53,890 bases of DNA from a virus (taxonomy: Duplodnaviria; Caudoviricetes), in IMG/VR virus record IMGVR_UViG_3300048574_000483, positions 1 through 53,890 of that record; one strand, written 5' to 3'. The position numbers and the translations under genes were made by a program. The notes under the pieces were generated by a model, which was not told the origin of the DNA, searched no databases, and saw only the letters and a list, made by a program, of their open reading frames with translations. Below are positions 36,858 through 45,335 of this stretch, piece by piece. Position 1 is the stretch's first letter, and each line of letters begins with the position of its first letter.

Positions 36858-37130
36858 TTAGACGGTGCCTTCATTTTCGGGTGGATACACGTCCGGTCGC
36901 AGCTGATGGCGGGTGATTTTCCCGCCAGTCGCGCGCTCGATCGGGATGCACCACCGCCAGGGCGCCGGGCGTCCCGCGCGGACTACATCGTTGACGGATT
37001 GCTGGGTGATACCGATCACCGCCGCCAAAGCGGTGTCGGTCCCGCCGAGGACCTCTTTCGCAGCCATCAGGGCGTCGAAGCCTTTCAAGCCGGAATAGTC
37101 AGGCACGGCGATGTCGGGTGAGTTGTCCAT
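36858..37130 (-). CDS. cro: Cro-like repressor (YdaS family)
   Basis: ALAAVIGITQQSV HTH and IERATGGKITRHQLRPDVY; divergent from cI. Confidence 0.88.
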   Translation of the reverse strand: MDNSPDIAVPDYSGLKGFDALMAAKEVLGGTDTALAAVIGITQQSVNDVVRAGRPAPWRWCIPIERATGGKITRHQLRPDVYPPENEGTV

Positions 37131-37136
37131 AAACGC

Positions 37137-37208
37137 CGTATACAGGTATTCCTGTGCTCCGTCAACAGGAACAACTGTACAGAAACTATACAGGGATGCC
37201 TGTACGCT
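37137..37208. promoter_or_regulatory. OR-like region: three 14-bp operators and divergent promoters
   Basis: ACAGGTATTCCTGT (37142), ACAGGAACAACTGT (37165), ACAGGGATGCCTGT (37190); minus-strand TTGACG-17-TATACG. Confidence 0.8.
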
Positions 37209-37215
37209 GCCGCCC

Positions 37216-37818
37216 ATGACTGGAATCGGGGATCGGGCGAAGAAAGCCAGAAAGCTGCGGAAGCTAACGCTTCAGCAGGTGGCGGACGCGATCGGGGTGA
37301 AGTACCAGACCATCCAGGACCTTGAAAAAGGCAAATCACAAGGAACTAAGTTCCTGCTGGCACTCGCACGCGTCCTCGAGGTTCGCCCGGAATGGCTCGA
37401 GTCAGCCGAGGGCCCCATGGACCTGCCGGCAGCCGAGAAACGACCAGTTCTGATTGTTGGCCAGGTCGGAGCCGGCGCCGAGATGATATTCTATTCTGAG
37501 GGACAGGGTCCTTTTGGAGAGGCGCCATCAATTCAAGACGCCACCTCCAACACAGTTGCGGTTGAGATCAACGGAGGCTCTCTTGGCCCACTGTTCGATC
37601 ACTGGTTGGCATACTATGACGACGTTCGTCTGCCCCCGACCGAAGATCTCGTCGGATATCTCTGTGTGGTCGGGCTAAAAGACGGCCGCGTCTTGATCAA
37701 AAAATTGCAGCTCGGGCGCACCAAAAAGCGCTTCGATCTTTTCTCAAATCTTGAGGCACCAATTTACGACGTCGAGGTACGGTGGGCTGCCAAGGTCAAG
37801 GATTTGCGGCCGCGGTAG
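37216..37818 (+). CDS. cI: CI-like repressor (HTH plus S24 peptidase-like domain)
   Basis: XRE HTH; VGAG cleavage-type site; GGSL serine and LIKKL lysine motifs. Confidence 0.92.
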   Translation: MTGIGDRAKKARKLRKLTLQQVADAIGVKYQTIQDLEKGKSQGTKFLLALARVLEVRPEWLESAEGPMDLPAAEKRPVLIVGQVGAGAEMIFYSEGQGPFGEAPSIQDATSNTVAVEINGGSLGPLFDHWLAYYDDVRLPPTEDLVGYLCVVGLKDGRVLIKKLQLGRTKKRFDLFSNLEAPIYDVEVRWAAKVKDLRPR

Positions 37819-38290
37819 AAAGCAGGCGCATATGGTCCGCCTCGATCCCAACGTCGGACAAGACTTCCACCACCGAGCCTTCTATCTCGTATTTGCACTC
37901 AATTGATTGGCACTGCAGAAGCATTTTCCGTTCTTCGCGCGACAGGTCCTTGGTAGACACCAAAACTGGCGTCGTATCGAAAGCCTTCTCGCTCAGGCTT
38001 CCCATCTCATCGCTTCCCATGACCGAAAAAACTCCGGTCAATCTGATTTTTTGGCCCAATAACTTGCGCCGGTCGAGTTTGAAATCAATCAGCGCCATAT
38101 CCTGGTATGAAGGGCTTTTTGGTCCTGCATCGGCCGTTGGTGCCGCTAGCGTAGCTGCTTGCTCACCCTGCGGGGTGACTGTGGTTGGTGACGATTCGAA
38201 CTGAGCCGCGATAATTGCCAGGGCCACGAACGTGACCAGACCAAGCAATACTTGCTTTGCACCGATCTTTTTTTCGGCTGGATTTTCCAT
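37796..38290 (-). CDS. Membrane-anchored periplasmic OB-fold-like protein (possible exclusion moron)
   Basis: N-terminal TM, lower GC, convergent with cI, GQKIRLTG motif. Confidence 0.65.
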   Translation of the reverse strand: MENPAEKKIGAKQVLLGLVTFVALAIIAAQFESSPTTVTPQGEQAATLAAPTADAGPKSPSYQDMALIDFKLDRRKLLGQKIRLTGVFSVMGSDEMGSLSEKAFDTTPVLVSTKDLSREERKMLLQCQSIECKYEIEGSVVEVLSDVGIEADHMRLLSTAAANP

Positions 38291-38351
38291 GCCCCCCACT
38301 CCATCGACTAACTCGTTGAGAAGATACGGCAATCAAGGCTCGCCACGCGAC

Positions 38352-38392
38352 ACAGGAATTCCTGTTGACTGATACAGGAGTTCCTGTATTCT
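38352..38392 (+). promoter_or_regulatory. OL/PL-like region: two operators overlapping a promoter
   Basis: ACAGGAATTCCTGT (38352) and ACAGGAGTTCCTGT (38374); TTGACT-16-TATTCT. Confidence 0.8.
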
Positions 38393-38438
38393 CCTGTGTA
38401 TCGAGCGACCCCGTAGGCGTCGCAAACGGGAGGCGAAG

Positions 38439-38894
38439 ATGCCAGTTATCGAATTTGCGCAAATCAAGTGGCGCCCGGGCACTCCGGACGGCCTGACGCG
38501 GTCCGAAGTGCGCGGCCTCGGGCTGATCGAGATAGAGCCCAATATAGCGCCGCTGGCCACGCTGAAGCGGCATTGGAGCCTCAATCTGCTTGGCGCAGTC
38601 GCCCTCTCTGGCGCCGTCTGGTTCGCCGTCGGCGTCGGCCTCGCTGGCTGCGCCACATCGCCAGCCTCCGACCTCTACGATGGCCAGCGGCACGCCCCGG
38701 CCCAGGTCAAAGCCTTCTGCGCCGATATCGGCGGGACCTACGTCCACGGCGCCGGCTGCGCGATCAGCTACGCCCACGGCGCCAAGAGCCTGAACCCTCA
38801 GCTTCAGAACGGCGTCTGCCGCATCATCGTTGAGCAAAGCCAGATCAGGCGGGCCGCGGCCGAAGCCGCGCTGCGCGCCGCCTGCAATCGCTGA
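38439..38894 (+). CDS. First early gene; membrane/lipoprotein-like with four Cys
   Basis: SD GGAGG; hydrophobic segment ending LAGC. Confidence 0.6.
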   Translation: MPVIEFAQIKWRPGTPDGLTRSEVRGLGLIEIEPNIAPLATLKRHWSLNLLGAVALSGAVWFAVGVGLAGCATSPASDLYDGQRHAPAQVKAFCADIGGTYVHGAGCAISYAHGAKSLNPQLQNGVCRIIVEQSQIRRAAAEAALRAACNR

Positions 38895-38906
38895 GGGCCC
38901 GAAGCA

Positions 38907-39026
38907 ATGGAACGGCTCGTTTCCACTCCATCGGTCAGCAGAGGCTGCGCGCTCCTGGTCATCGCGTTCGTCATCGGCTGGATCGCCTTCGGCCTCGTCT
39001 ACATCAACTATCCGGGAGCGTTCTGA
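38907..39026 (+). CDS. 39-aa membrane peptide
   Basis: GAGGG SD; one TM; TGATG coupling. Confidence 0.5.
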   Translation: MERLVSTPSVSRGCALLVIAFVIGWIAFGLVYINYPGAF

Positions 39027-39292
39027 TGCGCACGGCAGATCAACAAGCCCTGGCCGACATCATGGGCGAGATCGCGCGGCCGAAACCGGTGGCCCTCGTC
39101 TACTGCGATCAGATTGCCCACATCATCCAGCGCGAACTTGCGTCGGGATGGGCGGGCTTCGCGAACGTCGGCCGCGTCGAATACGACCTGCACCCGACCG
39201 GCGGCTATCTCGTCTCCACAAAGAAGACGATCCGCGTCACCGACCGCAACGGCCGCAATTACCGGATCACCGTCGAGGAGGGCGAGCAATGA
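39026..39292 (+). CDS. Hypothetical protein
   Basis: Coupled ORF with high GC3. Confidence 0.7.
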   Translation: MRTADQQALADIMGEIARPKPVALVYCDQIAHIIQRELASGWAGFANVGRVEYDLHPTGGYLVSTKKTIRVTDRNGRNYRITVEEGEQ

Positions 39293-39645
39293 GCATCGTC
39301 TACTTCGTCGAAGACCAACTTCGCACCGGCACCGCGGTGTTCGGCGAAACCACCATTCCCACCCATGGCGATAGGTCCGAGGCCGACGCCGCGGCCGCGC
39401 TGCTGGAATGCGTCGGAAAGCCCGTCCGCGTGATCGGCCTCGACACCGAGACGCTCCGGGCCTGGGACGCCTCTGCAGCGGTCGCGCGGCACCTCGCCGA
39501 CGAACGTCACGCCCGCGGTGAGGAACCGCTCGCAGGTGCTATCGGCGAATTCATCTGGCGTCACGCCCCGGCTGACGTGGACGTCGGCTATCGCGGCCCC
39601 ATCAACCAATACGACGACGTGCCGATGCGCACGGCAGCGGAGTGA
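39289..39645 (+). CDS. Hypothetical protein
   Basis: ATGA overlap; SD GAGGAGG. Confidence 0.7.
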   Translation: MSIVYFVEDQLRTGTAVFGETTIPTHGDRSEADAAAALLECVGKPVRVIGLDTETLRAWDASAAVARHLADERHARGEEPLAGAIGEFIWRHAPADVDVGYRGPINQYDDVPMRTAAE

Positions 39646-39648
39646 ACC

Positions 39649-40098
39649 ATGGAAGCGAAAGAACTGTCTCAGGCCCTATCCGAACTGCGCCGCGCGATCG
39701 GACCGGAGGCCGAACTGTACTGCTCGGTAGACGATGAACGGAATGGCGTGATGCGGGGCGGTTGCGTCTATCTGTCCATCCGCCCCTACGGAATTTTGAA
39801 AGAGCCGAGTATCGGCATTTACGCCGACACATTCGAGGATGTGTTGGTTAAGGCACGCGCGACATGGCAGCAGCACATGGCGGCGTTTACGGCCGACAAA
39901 ATTAAGAAGATGGCTCTTGCCGTCATCCGTCTGACGTTTGAACACGGCGAATGCACGGACAAGGCTCTTCGTAAGGAAGGGTTTGCTTACGAAGACATCA
40001 AGGTTCACGGCGCGGCGGCGGTTGAGCAAGCCAACACCATGGCTGGAAATCGCCCGTTCAAGATCATCACTGCAACAGTGGAACTGCAGAAATGCTGA
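39649..40098 (+). CDS. Hypothetical protein
   Basis: SD GGAG; IIRLTFEHGECTD-like conserved-looking motif. Confidence 0.7.
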   Translation: MEAKELSQALSELRRAIGPEAELYCSVDDERNGVMRGGCVYLSIRPYGILKEPSIGIYADTFEDVLVKARATWQQHMAAFTADKIKKMALAVIRLTFEHGECTDKALRKEGFAYEDIKVHGAAAVEQANTMAGNRPFKIITATVELQKC

Positions 40099-40249
40099 TC
40101 GATCTCCTCGCCACCATTATTTTCGACTGCCAAAGCACCGACCCGCACGTGGTCAGCCGTGGCATCGCGAAGGTGGTCACCGTTCGCTTCGACACCGAGA
40201 AGCCAAACGAGCCCGCGCAGCCCTACGCAAAGCAGGGAGGAACACGGCC

Positions 40250-40990
40250 GTGACCTCCACTTTCAAAACCGATTTGGAACGCTTAGCCGCCGGCCACACT
40301 CCGACGCCCTGGTCGCTGCGGGACAAGTGCATAGTCTTCGTCCCTTACACTGGAACGATAGCGGAGACGTTCGGCCAGGCGCACGACACCTGCGACAGGA
40401 ATGCTGCGTTCATCGTTCTTGCCTGCAACAGCTACGACGCGATGCAGGCCGCGCTCGGAAGATGCGTCACAGCGCTGTCGTTTGAGCTCGAAAACGCGCG
40501 CTCGCGCGGCGACGATATTGCCATTCTGCAAATCGAAAGCGCTAAAGGCGCGGCAATTGCCGCCCTTCGCCTCGCCCGTGGAGAACAAGTTTGCGGAGCC
40601 GACCCGGTTAAATCCGGTCAGCAGTCGGTCGAGCAAGGGGGCGCCGACGGCCGGATGCTGCCGGTATCCGGCGCCCCGTCAAATTCCGATCTCCGCGATG
40701 AGAACGAGCAGCTGCGGCAGGATGCCGAGCGTTGGCGCGCCCTTGTCGGCAGCGCTCGCCTAGAATGGATGGGGTGCGCAGGGTTCGATTTCGACGATGA
40801 AAACAAACCGATTAAGGACTGCAACGTAACCGCTCGCGCTGGCGACCCTCTCCACTTCGCGATGTCGTTTTGGTCGGATTTTCCGGCCAAGGATATCCCA
40901 TCAGGTCATGCCTTCGCCGTCCGGTTCCTGACCGCCTACGCCGACGAATGCCGCCGCCGCGCCGCCCTTACCCAGGAGGCGCAGCCATGA
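40250..40990 (+). CDS. Hypothetical mosaic protein
   Basis: GGAGG SD then GTG; GHTPTPW..NAAFIVLACN and QDAERWRAL modules typical of phage early genes. Confidence 0.7.
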   Translation: MTSTFKTDLERLAAGHTPTPWSLRDKCIVFVPYTGTIAETFGQAHDTCDRNAAFIVLACNSYDAMQAALGRCVTALSFELENARSRGDDIAILQIESAKGAAIAALRLARGEQVCGADPVKSGQQSVEQGGADGRMLPVSGAPSNSDLRDENEQLRQDAERWRALVGSARLEWMGCAGFDFDDENKPIKDCNVTARAGDPLHFAMSFWSDFPAKDIPSGHAFAVRFLTAYADECRRRAALTQEAQP

Positions 40991-41207
40991 CCTGGCTCAA
41001 GGATATCGCCGCCACCGCAGGCCTCGCTCTCTTCACCGCGTCCGCCTTCGTTCTGCTGATCGGCTTCGGAGGCTGAACGAATGGCTCGGCGCTCAACCGT
41101 CATCACCACCATCGCCCGCCAGCTTCCGCCGGCGAGTTAGGCCGCAATCTGCGGCGCCTTCCTTTTGATCGCCCTAGCGGCGGTCGCAACGATCTTCTGA
41201 GGTAGTT

Positions 41208-42086
41208 ATGGACACCCGGACTGAAACACCGATCGATCAGAGCCTTGCCGAACAGGCACCAACCGGAAGCGCGCTCGCTGAAATCCAATCAGCCGCGCCA
41301 GTCGCCATTTGCACTGGTCAAGATGCAGCCAACCTTGCCGGGGCACTAATAGCCGCCGCAGCAAATCAGAACGTAAATGCGGACAAGCTGGAGCGAATTT
41401 ACCAACTGTACGAGCGCATCGAAGCACGAAACGCAGAGCGCGCATTCAATGCCGCGATGGTTGAATGCCAGAAGGAAATGCGCCCAATTGCCACTGACGC
41501 CGCCAACAAGCAGACACACAGCAAATACGCGACGTACTACGCTTTGGATAAGGCGCTTCGTCCGATCTACACCAAGCACGGTTTCGCCCCGAGCTACGAT
41601 ACCGATGTTTCCCCGCTGCCCGGTCATATCCGCGCCTATCTCTATCTGTTCCACAACGCTGGCCACACCCGCACCTACAAAATCGACATGCCGACAGACG
41701 GCAAGGGCGCCAAGGGTGGCGATGTGATGTCGCCGACGCACGCCGTCGGCGCCGCTGTATCTTACGGTGATCGCTACTTGCTCAAAGATGCGTTCAACAT
41801 CGCGGTCGGTGACGACGATGATGACAACGGCGCTGACGGCTATTTCCGCGGAACGGGAACGATCACCGAAGACAGAGCAAATCAGCTCCTCGACTTAGCG
41901 AAGCGCGCCTATCCGGACGACGACAAGCGCCGCGCCCACCTTATCGACCGCATCTGCAAAAAGTTCGGCGTGAAGAACATCACGTTTCTAACCACCAAGG
42001 ACTTCCCGACGGCTGTCGAACTCATCAACGGCACCATCTCCGTCGTCAGAGACAAGGCCCAAAAGGCGAAGGAGACCGCACAATGA
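41208..42086 (+). CDS. erf: ERF-family single-strand annealing protein
   Basis: AFNAAM, SKYA, PIYTKHGF and GAAVSYGDRYLL..FNI..DDDD motifs. Confidence 0.88.
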   Translation: MDTRTETPIDQSLAEQAPTGSALAEIQSAAPVAICTGQDAANLAGALIAAAANQNVNADKLERIYQLYERIEARNAERAFNAAMVECQKEMRPIATDAANKQTHSKYATYYALDKALRPIYTKHGFAPSYDTDVSPLPGHIRAYLYLFHNAGHTRTYKIDMPTDGKGAKGGDVMSPTHAVGAAVSYGDRYLLKDAFNIAVGDDDDDNGADGYFRGTGTITEDRANQLLDLAKRAYPDDDKRRAHLIDRICKKFGVKNITFLTTKDFPTAVELINGTISVVRDKAQKAKETAQ

Positions 42087-43063
42087 GCGAAGCTGGGCAA
42101 GAACTCGTCGTCATTCCCGCGGAGGACGCGCTTACGATCTTCACCGACAAGGCGAGGATGGAACCGTACATCGAAAAGGTCCGCAAAGCGGTTGCGGACT
42201 TCGCCGGCACAGTCACCACGGCCAAGGGGCGCAAGGAAATCGCATCCATGGCCCACAAGGTCGTGAAGGTCAAAACCTATATCGAAGGCGTTGGCTTCGA
42301 CCTCGCAACGGCACAGAAAGAAATCCCGAAGAAGATCGACGCAACGCGCAAGTACGTCCGCGACACGCTCGACAAGATCGCGGGCGACGTGCGCCAGCCG
42401 CTAACGACGTGGGAAAAGAACGAAGAGGCGCGCGTCAAGAAGCACACCGATACCCTCGCATTGCTTGATACGTTCACGCGCGGCGAGTACCCGCAGACGA
42501 TCGATGCCATCAAGGCAAACATTGCGACAGCCGCTGCCATCATCATCGGCCCGGCATGCGAAGAATTTGAGCCTGAATATGACAAGGCCAAGGAATCCGC
42601 GGAAGCCGCGCTGACCGCGGCACTCGCACGGGCCGAGCAGGCCGAAGCGGACCGCGCCGAACTGGAACGCCTTCGGACGGAAGCCGCCGAACGCGCCGAG
42701 AACGACCGCATCGAAAAGCTGAAACGGGATGCGGCGGAACAGGCCAAACAAGAGGCTGAGCAGGCTGCACAGGCTGAGCGCGATGCCGCCCAGGCGCGTG
42801 AGGATGAACTTCGCAGAGCCGCTGAGAAGGCACAGCAGGACGCCAGAGATACCGAGGAACGGCTGAAGCGCGAAGCCGCAGCCAAGGCGGCGCAGGACGA
42901 GCGCGACCGCCTCGCCCGCGAAGCCAATACCAAGCACCGCGCCGCAGTCAATCGCGCCGCCCTGTCGGCCTTTGTCGAAGGCGGCGTTGATGAAGCCACC
43001 GCCAAGAAGGTGATCGCTCTGATCGCCAAGAAGATGATCCCCGCGATCAGCATCACGTACTGA
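42083..43063 (+). CDS. Coiled-coil phage protein
   Basis: TAKGRKEIASMAHKV, PKKIDATRK, VRQPLTTWE; Ala/Glu/Arg-rich coil. Confidence 0.8.
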   Translation: MSEAGQELVVIPAEDALTIFTDKARMEPYIEKVRKAVADFAGTVTTAKGRKEIASMAHKVVKVKTYIEGVGFDLATAQKEIPKKIDATRKYVRDTLDKIAGDVRQPLTTWEKNEEARVKKHTDTLALLDTFTRGEYPQTIDAIKANIATAAAIIIGPACEEFEPEYDKAKESAEAALTAALARAEQAEADRAELERLRTEAAERAENDRIEKLKRDAAEQAKQEAEQAAQAERDAAQAREDELRRAAEKAQQDARDTEERLKREAAAKAAQDERDRLAREANTKHRAAVNRAALSAFVEGGVDEATAKKVIALIAKKMIPAISITY

Positions 43064-43070
43064 GGAAGAC

Positions 43071-43703
43071 ATGACCACTCAAATCATTGACTGCGCACAG
43101 AACACGCCGGAATGGGACGCCGCCAGGCGTGGATTGGTGACGGCCAGCGAATTCGCCACGGTTCTCGCCAAGGGCAAGGGTGGCGGCGAGAGCCTCACCC
43201 GCAAGAAGTACATGTACAAGCTCGCCGGCGAGCGCATCACCGGGGAACAGGAGCCGAGCTTTACAAGTCCGGACCTGGACCGCGGCCACGCCATGGAAGA
43301 GGACGCGGCGAGCTGGTACGCCTTCACGCGTGAAGTCGAACTGCAGCAGATCGGGTTTATGAAATCCGATGAATGCGGCGGAATGGGCTACAGCCCCGAC
43401 CGGCTGATCGTCGGAGGCAAAGGCCTCCTCGAGATCAAGACGAACAAGCCGTCCGTCCTCATTGGACTGTTGGAAAAGGACGACTTTCCGTCCGAGCATG
43501 TCGCCCAATGCCAAGGGGGCCTGTTCGTCTCCGGTTACGACTACATCGACATCGTTTGCTTTTGGGGAAAAATGCCGAAGCTGGTCAAGCGCGCCGTCCC
43601 CGACCGCGCCTATCACGCCATCCTGCGCTCTGAAATCACCCGCTTCAACGACGAACTCTGCGAGCTGGTCGAGAAGATCAAGCACTACGGAGAAGCGGCA
43701 TGA
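43071..43703 (+). CDS. YqaJ/lambda-type exonuclease
   Basis: Q..PEW..R.G.VTAS, RGH..E, SPD, LLEIK and AQCQ motifs. Confidence 0.92.
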   Translation: MTTQIIDCAQNTPEWDAARRGLVTASEFATVLAKGKGGGESLTRKKYMYKLAGERITGEQEPSFTSPDLDRGHAMEEDAASWYAFTREVELQQIGFMKSDECGGMGYSPDRLIVGGKGLLEIKTNKPSVLIGLLEKDDFPSEHVAQCQGGLFVSGYDYIDIVCFWGKMPKLVKRAVPDRAYHAILRSEITRFNDELCELVEKIKHYGEAA

Positions 43704-44164
43704 GCGGAAGCGTCAACAAAGTCATCATTATCGGCCACCTCGGCCGCGACCCTGAAGTGCGCCGCACCACCGCCGGCGATCCAGTTGCCAGCCTCAGCGT
43801 GGCGACCAGCGAGAGTTGGCGTGACAAGCACAGCGGCGAGCGGGTGGAAAAGACCGAGTGGCATCGCATCGTGATCTGGAACGAACACCTCGCCAAGGTC
43901 GCCGAGCAGTACCTGCGCAAGGGCTCCAAGGTCTATCTCGAAGGCCAGCTCGCAACCCGCAAGTGGACCGACCGGGACGGCGTGGAGAAGTACACGACCG
44001 AGATCGTGCTCAACCGCTTCCGCGGTGAACTGCAGCTCCTCGACAATCGAACGAGCGATGATCGCGCGGGCTCGTCCGGAAGCAATACGGACCGCGGCAC
44101 CGACGCCGGCGAGCCACTCGCCAACTTCGACCGTACCGACCTTGACGACGAAATTCCGTTCTGA
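43700..44164 (+). CDS. ssb: Single-stranded DNA-binding protein
   Basis: SVNKVIIIGHLGRDPE, ATSESW, KTEWH; C-terminal DDEIPF. Confidence 0.97.
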   Translation: MSGSVNKVIIIGHLGRDPEVRRTTAGDPVASLSVATSESWRDKHSGERVEKTEWHRIVIWNEHLAKVAEQYLRKGSKVYLEGQLATRKWTDRDGVEKYTTEIVLNRFRGELQLLDNRTSDDRAGSSGSNTDRGTDAGEPLANFDRTDLDDEIPF

Positions 44165-44172
44165 GGCGCGCT

Positions 44173-44604
44173 ATGGCTGAGTTTTGGTGCATCCGCAAAG
44201 GCGACGCTCTCTACCCGGACGGGACGGACAGCGCTGCCGCCATGGCCAAGGTCCCGTTCGGCCAACGCATCCACGTTGAGGCGAAGCGCCCGCGCAACGC
44301 CGGACACCACCGCCTGTTCTGGGCGCTTTGCGCGCGGATCGGCGCGGCGATCGACGTCGACCCGGAGAACATCGCCGATATCCTCAAGATCGAAACTGGC
44401 CATTGCACTGTGGTGCGGACCAAGTCCCGCGGCGAGATCCGGCTTCCGAAATCCATTTCGTTCGCGAAGATGGACCAGACCACGTTCAACGAGTTTTTCG
44501 AGCGCTGCGTTCGCGTGATCCAGACCGAATGGGGCATTAGCCGCCCTGAAGTTCAGGACGCCGTTGCCGACCTGCTCTGCCCTGATGCGAGGGACGCGGC
44601 ATGA
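44173..44604 (+). CDS. DUF1367-like (NinB-related) protein
   Basis: PRN..HHRLFWAL and PKSISFAKMDQTTF motifs. Confidence 0.85.
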   Translation: MAEFWCIRKGDALYPDGTDSAAAMAKVPFGQRIHVEAKRPRNAGHHRLFWALCARIGAAIDVDPENIADILKIETGHCTVVRTKSRGEIRLPKSISFAKMDQTTFNEFFERCVRVIQTEWGISRPEVQDAVADLLCPDARDAA

Positions 44605-44918
44605 CCAATCTTGAGCCCTGGGCAGAAGAAGTCGGATTCGCCGAAACGATCTGCGCCGACCTTGGATGCACCGTGCAACGCTCACCGCACGCGTACGAAA
44701 TCGCGACAGTTACCGGCGATGGCGTTCGCTTAGTGATCTATCCACACAAGACGTCCAGCACCGGAAACGTCTCGGCCAGGGTTAGGGACAACGGGAGCAA
44801 GAACAAGGCGCGAGCCCGAGAGGTCATGTTGGCAATGAATCGCGGCGAAGGGCTGCCGGAAGAAATCCGGTGGCGCGTCGCAACCTTCAACACCTTTTAC
44901 GCGAAGACGATGCCATGA
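44601..44918 (+). CDS. Hypothetical protein
   Basis: ATGA overlaps at both ends. Confidence 0.7.
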   Translation: MTNLEPWAEEVGFAETICADLGCTVQRSPHAYEIATVTGDGVRLVIYPHKTSSTGNVSARVRDNGSKNKARAREVMLAMNRGEGLPEEIRWRVATFNTFYAKTMP

Positions 44919-45295
44919 CCCGCCTTGCCGAATTCTCGAAAGCGACGAAGCGCGAGGCGCTGAAGCGCTCTCACCACCGCTGCGAAGCCGAGGGTGAACG
45001 CTACGGCCTCCCCGCCGGCCAGCGCTGCGGTGCCGACCTCGCCTATGGCATCGAGTTTGATCACGTGATCATGGAGGCAAACAGCCACGACAACAGCCTC
45101 GAGAACTGCGCCGCGGTCTGCCCGAAGTGCCACCGGTTCAAGACCAGCAATTTCGACGTGCCGTGCGCAGCCAAGGCGCGCGCCCAGCAAGACAAGCGCT
45201 TCGGCATCAAGCCGAAGCATCACCGGCCGATGCCCGGTTCCCGCGCCAGCGGAATCCGCAAGCGCATGAGCGGCCAAGTGGAGCGCTGGGACTGA
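44915..45295 (+). CDS. HNH endonuclease
   Basis: EFDH..NSLENC..VCPKCH..KT. Confidence 0.88.
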   Translation: MTRLAEFSKATKREALKRSHHRCEAEGERYGLPAGQRCGADLAYGIEFDHVIMEANSHDNSLENCAAVCPKCHRFKTSNFDVPCAAKARAQQDKRFGIKPKHHRPMPGSRASGIRKRMSGQVERWD

Positions 45296-45335
45296 CCCTG
45301 GCGCTCCGACAGCGAAACCACGGAAGGGAAATCCA

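Noticed and set aside
35655-37121. 488-aa plus-strand ORF
   Set aside because: Arg/Gly-rich without motifs, and antisense to cro and the DnaA domain IV gene
37140-38392. ACAGG repeats as a CRISPR-like array
   Set aside because: 14-bp palindromes overlapping promoters, i.e. operators; no spacer array or cas genes seen
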